The notes under the pieces were generated by a model. That model saw only the letters and a list, made by a program, of their open reading frames with translations, was not told the DNA's origin and did not search any database. Of a stretch of DNA of 64,000 nucleotides, positions 59,236 to 64,000 are shown one piece after another. Position 1 is the stretch's first letter. Each line of letters begins with the position of its first letter. A program made the position numbers and the translations under genes. The DNA is taken from the NCBI GenBank assembly GCA_963804645.1, contig CAWDRG010000009.1, positions 736,001 through 800,000 of the forward strand, given 5' to 3'. Source of the DNA: an uncultured Bacillota bacterium. GTDB lineage: Bacteria > Sysuimicrobiota > Sysuimicrobiia > Sysuimicrobiales > Segetimicrobiaceae.

Positions 59236-60237
59236 ATGCGTACGGGCAAGCCCCGGGTGGTGCTTGCCGATTTTATCAGTGGCGAATCGCTCCAGGCCTA
59301 CCGTGCCTTGCCCTCGGCGAAGCACCTCGACCTCGTGGCTCCCGGGGGCCCCGCGCATGACGACTTGGTGAGGTTGATGCGCACCGCCGATTTCCTCCTC
59401 GTACGTCGCCGCGCACTCGGCGCCGCGGCTTTCACCGAGGCGAAGGGATTGCGCGCCGTCGTGGTCGTCGGGGAGCGTGTGGACCTCGATCAAGCGGCGC
59501 TGGAGGCGCGCGGCGTGCTCGTCGAGCGGCGCCCGCGCCTGACGGCCCATGCCGTCGCCGACCTCGTCTTCGCGATGATGTTGGTGCTGAGCCGAGATCT
59601 GCTTGCGGCGCACCGCGGGGTCGCCGCGGGCGCCTATCGAGATCGAGGCTTGACGCCGCAGCCCACAACCGAGACCCAGGTCGCCTTCAACTGGCTCGGG
59701 CTGAAGGATGAGGGGCCGCTGTTTGGCAAGACGATGGGGCTGATTGGGCTGGGAGAAATCGGATGTTTGATCGCCGTGAGAGCGCGCGCCTTCGGGATGA
59801 ATGTCTGTTATCATAAGCGTCGGCCGTTCCCGCCACATGAAGAAGAACGGCTCGGAGTCGCATACCGGTCGCTTCCGCAGCTGTTGTCCGCAAGCGATTT
59901 TGTCAGCGCGCAGGTGCCGGATACGGTCGAGACCCGGGGGATGCTCGGGTTCGATCAACTGCGCTCGATGCGCCCCACATCCTATTTGATCAATGCGAGT
60001 CGCGGACGAGTCGTGGATGAAACGGCGCTGGCTGAGCTGCTGCGAGACGGGCGCATCGCCGGGGCCGGCCTTGACGTGTTCTGTCAGGAGCCGCTTCCGA
60101 GCGACAGTCCGCTGGCGGCGCTGCCGAACGTGATTTTGAGCCCGCACATCGGCGGCGGCGGCACGACGACCCTTCTCGGAGAGATGGAATCCGCGTTTGC
60201 TCGGATTCTGGCCCTTTGGAAAGGAGCGGAAGGTTGA
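59236..60237 (+). CDS. D-2-hydroxyacid dehydrogenase (second paralog)
   Basis: GLIGLGEIG, INASRG, GLDVFCQEPL, SPHIGG. Confidence 0.92.
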   Translation: MRTGKPRVVLADFISGESLQAYRALPSAKHLDLVAPGGPAHDDLVRLMRTADFLLVRRRALGAAAFTEAKGLRAVVVVGERVDLDQAALEARGVLVERRPRLTAHAVADLVFAMMLVLSRDLLAAHRGVAAGAYRDRGLTPQPTTETQVAFNWLGLKDEGPLFGKTMGLIGLGEIGCLIAVRARAFGMNVCYHKRRPFPPHEEERLGVAYRSLPQLLSASDFVSAQVPDTVETRGMLGFDQLRSMRPTSYLINASRGRVVDETALAELLRDGRIAGAGLDVFCQEPLPSDSPLAALPNVILSPHIGGGGTTTLLGEMESAFARILALWKGAEG

Positions 60238-61028
60238 TGTTGGGGCGTGGACGGCTGGAAGGCAAAGCCGCTCTGATCACTGGCGCGGCCTCGGGGATCG
60301 GGCGCGCATCCGCTCAGCTCTTCGCGTCGGAGGGAGCGTCGGTGCTTGTCGTCGATATCGACGACGACGGGGGGCGGCAAACCGTGGCGGATATTCGGGC
60401 GGCTGGCGGGCGCGCGGACTTTTGCCATGCCGACGTGTCGGTGGAGGCGGACGTTCGGGGAGCCGTTGAGCTGTGCGTGCGCGCGTTCGGCAAGATCGAT
60501 ATCCTCTACAACAACGCCGGGGCGGTGTTCGGCCTCGACATCACCGACGTGACCATGGAGATCTGGCAAAAGGAGGTCGGCGTCAACCTCACAGGGGTCT
60601 ACCTCGGCATGCGGTTTGCGATCCCGCACATGCTGCGTCAGGGCGGTGGCGCGATTCTCAGCACCTCGTCCAACGCCGGGATCATTGGGCGACCGGCTAT
60701 TCCCGCCTACGGCGCGGCGAAAGCCGGGGTGGTGATGCTGACCAAGGCGGTGGCGCTGCAATACGCGGATCGGGGCATTCGCGCGAACTGTGTGTGTCCG
60801 GGGTCGGTGCGTACGGCCGCGATGGGGTTCGGGCCCAAGAATCCGGCGGAACAAGAACGCGCCGAACGGGCACTGGCCGCGATCATTCCGATGCAGCGAG
60901 TGGGCGACGCCAAAGAACTCGCGTCCGCCGCGCTCTTTCTGTGTTCTGACGAGGCGTCCTACATCACCGGCGTCGCGCTGCCGGTTGACGGCGGCCGAAC
61001 CGCCGGCATGGCTGAGCCGCTGCGCTAG
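60237..61028 (+). CDS. SDR oxidoreductase
   Basis: TGAASGIG, NNAG, YGAAK, ASYITG. Confidence 0.93.
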   Translation: MLGRGRLEGKAALITGAASGIGRASAQLFASEGASVLVVDIDDDGGRQTVADIRAAGGRADFCHADVSVEADVRGAVELCVRAFGKIDILYNNAGAVFGLDITDVTMEIWQKEVGVNLTGVYLGMRFAIPHMLRQGGGAILSTSSNAGIIGRPAIPAYGAAKAGVVMLTKAVALQYADRGIRANCVCPGSVRTAAMGFGPKNPAEQERAERALAAIIPMQRVGDAKELASAALFLCSDEASYITGVALPVDGGRTAGMAEPLR

Positions 61029-61051
61029 ACCGGACTCAAGGGAGGCATACC

Positions 61052-61393
61052 ATGTCCGAGTTCATCGTTCGATACCTTGATACCGTTCCAGAAACGGAAC
61101 CGGTGCTGGGACTTCGGATGCGCAGTTGGGCCGGTGCTGGGCTCTCGGCCGTTCATGCACGGCTCGCACCGAACACCGCCATGCCGCAGCATCGCCATGT
61201 CGCGGAGCAGATGGGCATCGTGCTCGAGGGGATGATGACGATCACGTGCGCTCACCGCAGCGAGCGCGTGTCGAGCGGGACGGTGTATCGGATCGCCTCG
61301 GACGTTCCCCACAGCGTGCAGGCGGGACCCGAGGGGTGCGTGATCATCGAGATGTTCGCTCCGGCGCGAGAAGGCGTGCCTCGGTTGGCATAA
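61052..61393 (+). CDS. Cupin-domain protein
   Basis: HRHVAEQ..VLEG and VPH cupin metal motifs, FAPARE. Confidence 0.88.
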   Translation: MSEFIVRYLDTVPETEPVLGLRMRSWAGAGLSAVHARLAPNTAMPQHRHVAEQMGIVLEGMMTITCAHRSERVSSGTVYRIASDVPHSVQAGPEGCVIIEMFAPAREGVPRLA

Positions 61394-61405
61394 GGCGGTG
61401 TAGCC

Positions 61406-62185
61406 GTGGATCTCGGACTCTCCGGACAGGTGATGTTGGTGACTGGCGGCTCCAAGGGGTTGGGCTTTGCCATCGCCGAGGAGCTGCTGCGAGAGGGCGC
61501 GATGGTTGTCATCTGCGCTCGCCACCGTGACGAACTCGATGCCGCGGCGCGCCGACTCGAAGCGCTCGGCCCCGTCCTGGCGGTGCCGGCAGACGTCACG
61601 CTGGAGGCCGACACCGTCAATCTCGTCGAAACGGTGCGGTCGCGCTTCGGACGGTTGGATGTCCTTGTCAACAACGCCGGCGGAGCGGTCTCGGGATCAT
61701 TTGACCGTTTGACCGATGCCGATTGGCAGCATGATTTTGAAATGAAGGTGCTCGCGACGATCCGCCTCTGCCGGTTGGCGATGGCGCACATGCGGGCTCG
61801 GGGATACGGACGAATCATCAATATCGGCGCGACGATGGGGCGCGCGGTCGATCCACGCTTTTTTGCGAGCTGCACGCTGCGTGCAGCGTGCCTGTCGCTG
61901 TCCAAGAACCTCGCCGTGGAGGCCGCCCCGGCCGGCATCACGGTCAACTCGGTCAACATCGGGTTCGTCGAGACGCCGCAGTGGCGTACCATTCATCAAC
62001 GCCAGGCGCCTCAGGAGCCGTACGAGGACTTTATTGCCCGTATTGGGCGTCTCGAGGTGCCGGCCCAGCGATTCGGGAAGCCGCATGAGGTTGCCGGTCT
62101 CGTGGCGTTTCTGGCGTCTGAACGGGCGAGCTACATTACCGGGGCATCGATCGACGTGTCGGGCGGACAGGGATCGTACGTCTAA
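61406..62185 (+). CDS. SDR oxidoreductase with atypical active site
   Basis: TGGSKGLG, NNAGG, ASYITG; SCTLR in place of YxxxK. Confidence 0.9.
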   Translation: MDLGLSGQVMLVTGGSKGLGFAIAEELLREGAMVVICARHRDELDAAARRLEALGPVLAVPADVTLEADTVNLVETVRSRFGRLDVLVNNAGGAVSGSFDRLTDADWQHDFEMKVLATIRLCRLAMAHMRARGYGRIINIGATMGRAVDPRFFASCTLRAACLSLSKNLAVEAAPAGITVNSVNIGFVETPQWRTIHQRQAPQEPYEDFIARIGRLEVPAQRFGKPHEVAGLVAFLASERASYITGASIDVSGGQGSYV

Positions 62186-62213
62186 CGGATCCGTTCGAAG
62201 GGGACCGCAGAAG

Positions 62214-64000
62214 ATGGAGCAAACGTACCTGCTCGGCGTGGACATCGGCGGCACCTTCACCGACTTTGTGCTGTGCCACGCGGTAAGCGGCAGAATCTGG
62301 TTGAATAAGTGTCTCACCACGCCCGAAGACCCCGCGCGAGCGGTCCGAGAGGGTCTTGATGCGCTGATGGCGCGGGCGGAGGTCACCGGGGCGGAGTTCC
62401 AGGTGATCATTCATGGGACGACGCTCATCACCAACGCGCTCATCGAACGTAAGGGGGCGCGAACCGCCCTGCTCGCCACGGACGGCCATCGGGACGTCCT
62501 TGAGATCGGCAACGAGATGCGGTACGACAGCTACGATTTGTTTCTCGAACGACCTGAACCTCTGGTGCCCCGCCCCTTGCGCTTCGATGTGGTCGAGCGC
62601 ATCGGCCCAGACGGTGAGATCGTGCACGCGCTCGATGAGGCGGCGGTGGTGTCCATCGCGTCGCGCCTGCGCGAGCACGACGTGGAGTCAGTCGCCGTGT
62701 GCTTTCTGCACTCGTTTGTCAATCCGAGCCATGAGCAGCGCGTGCGCGTCCTGCTGGAGCAGGCGCTGCCCGGGATCGCCGTCTCCTTGTCCAGCGAAGT
62801 AGCGCCCGAGATCCGCGAATACCCGCGCATGTCCACGACGGCCGCCAACGCGTATGTGCAGCCGCTCGCGAAGAGCTACGTCCGCCGCTTGCACGCCGAT
62901 TTGGAAGCGGCCGGCTACGGGCGGCCCCTGTACATGATGCTGTCGAGCGGGGGAATCGTCACGCACGAGACGGCCGCGAGGTTTCCGATTCGACTCGTGG
63001 AGTCGGGGCCGGCCGCGGGCGCGCTGGCCACGGCGGCGCTCGGCCGGCGTTTGAAGCGACGCGATCTGCTCGCGTTCGACATGGGCGGGACGACCGCCAA
63101 GGCGTGTCTGGTGCACGACGGCGCGCCCAGCACGTCGAAGGAGTTCGAGGTCGCCCGGGTCAAGCGGTTCATCAAGGGGAGCGGCCTGCCGCTCCAGGTG
63201 CCGGTGATTGACATGATCGAAATCGGCGCCGGAGGGGGCAGCATCGCCCGGGTCGACAGCATGGGCCTGCTGAAGGTCGGCCCGGACAGCGCCGGTTCGA
63301 ACCCCGGTCCTGTCTGCTACGGCCGGGGCGGCGATCGGCCGACGGTCACCGATGCCGATCTCATGCTCGGCTACCTGGATCCCGCGTTTTTCCTCGGGGG
63401 CACGATGCCGCTGGACGTGGCGGCGGCCCGTGCCGTGCTCGGCCGCCTCGGTGTGCGGTTGGGCATGAGCGAGACCCAAGTCGCCGCCGGCATCTTCGCG
63501 GTCGTCAACACCAACATGATCGCGGCCGCCAAGATGCACATCGCGGAGCGGGGTCGCGATCCGCGGCGATATTCGCTTGTGGCGTTCGGCGGCATGGGCC
63601 CGATGCACGGCTGCGCAGTGGCCCAAGCTCTCAAGATCCGGGAGGTGATCTGCCCGGCATCGGCCGGGGTGCTCTCGGCGTGGGGCATGCTGGTGGCGCC
63701 GACCGCGTTCGAGTTCGCGCGGTCATTGGTTGCGCGATTGGACGATGGGGCGCTGCGTCAGGCCAACGTCGTGCTCGGGCAGATGGCGATGGAAGGGGAG
63801 CAGATGCTGGCGGAAGCCGGGGCGGTCGGCTCCGGGCTCCGCGTTCAGCGCGCCCTGGATATGCGGTACGTTGGGCAAACGAGGGAGATCACCGTCCCGC
63901 TCCCGAATGACGGGGCCGGCGTCACCGTTGACGTCGTTCGGACGGCCTTTGCTGCGCGATACGAGGGCCTGTTCGGCCATGCTCATTCCGACGTGCCGCT
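62214..64000 (+). CDS. Hydantoinase A / 5-oxoprolinase-family subunit (runs off the window; not in the ORF track)
   Basis: ATG at 62214: MEQTYLLGVDIGGTFTD, HGTTLITNA, ESGPAAG, FDMGGTT, IGAGGGSI, PTVTDAD. Confidence 0.93.
   Translation, partial: MEQTYLLGVDIGGTFTDFVLCHAVSGRIWLNKCLTTPEDPARAVREGLDALMARAEVTGAEFQVIIHGTTLITNALIERKGARTALLATDGHRDVLEIGNEMRYDSYDLFLERPEPLVPRPLRFDVVERIGPDGEIVHALDEAAVVSIASRLREHDVESVAVCFLHSFVNPSHEQRVRVLLEQALPGIAVSLSSEVAPEIREYPRMSTTAANAYVQPLAKSYVRRLHADLEAAGYGRPLYMMLSSGGIVTHETAARFPIRLVESGPAAGALATAALGRRLKRRDLLAFDMGGTTAKACLVHDGAPSTSKEFEVARVKRFIKGSGLPLQVPVIDMIEIGAGGGSIARVDSMGLLKVGPDSAGSNPGPVCYGRGGDRPTVTDADLMLGYLDPAFFLGGTMPLDVAAARAVLGRLGVRLGMSETQVAAGIFAVVNTNMIAAAKMHIAERGRDPRRYSLVAFGGMGPMHGCAVAQALKIREVICPASAGVLSAWGMLVAPTAFEFARSLVARLDDGALRQANVVLGQMAMEGEQMLAEAGAVGSGLRVQRALDMRYVGQTREITVPLPNDGAGVTVDVVRTAFAARYEGLFGHAHSDVP

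Larger units (their letters stand above)
39414..64000. mobile_element. tRNA-Thr-anchored mosaic genomic island (right end outside the window)
   Basis: Starts at the tRNA 3' end; visibly lower GC and longer spacers, pseudogenes, TA systems, multiple tRNA remnants; no integrase seen. Confidence 0.65.

Overview
High-GC bacterial chromosomal window (gene style suggests a soil Armatimonadota/CSP1-3-like lineage; inference only) with two halves. 1-39.4 kb looks like core genome: peptide and sugar ABC transporters, a vapBC-type TA pair, an M81 peptidase/creatininase/DegT-aminotransferase operon, a lone type IV pilin, an HTH + degenerate LAGLIDADG protein, a DEAD-box helicase, a 14-aa Lys-rich microprotein, aminopeptidase, pyk-trxB-glycogen debranching genes, a DAG kinase-UgtP-LtaA-like-deacetylase glycolipid operon, a GGT, and a secreted truncated globin next to a DUF420-cupredoxin fusion. 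A tRNA-Thr(CGT) at 39339-39413 is followed by a visibly less GC-rich mosaic island running to the window end. The island is divided by five degenerate tRNA-Thr-derived remnants into modules: sixA; wHTH + Zn-dehydrogenase; hydA-SBP-ggt; UPF0158/DUF6398 hypotheticals + RES TA; decayed BrnT TA; hydantoinase/oxoprolinase cluster. No integrase, CRISPR array or rRNA is visible. All family assignments come from reading motifs by eye; no database searches were run.
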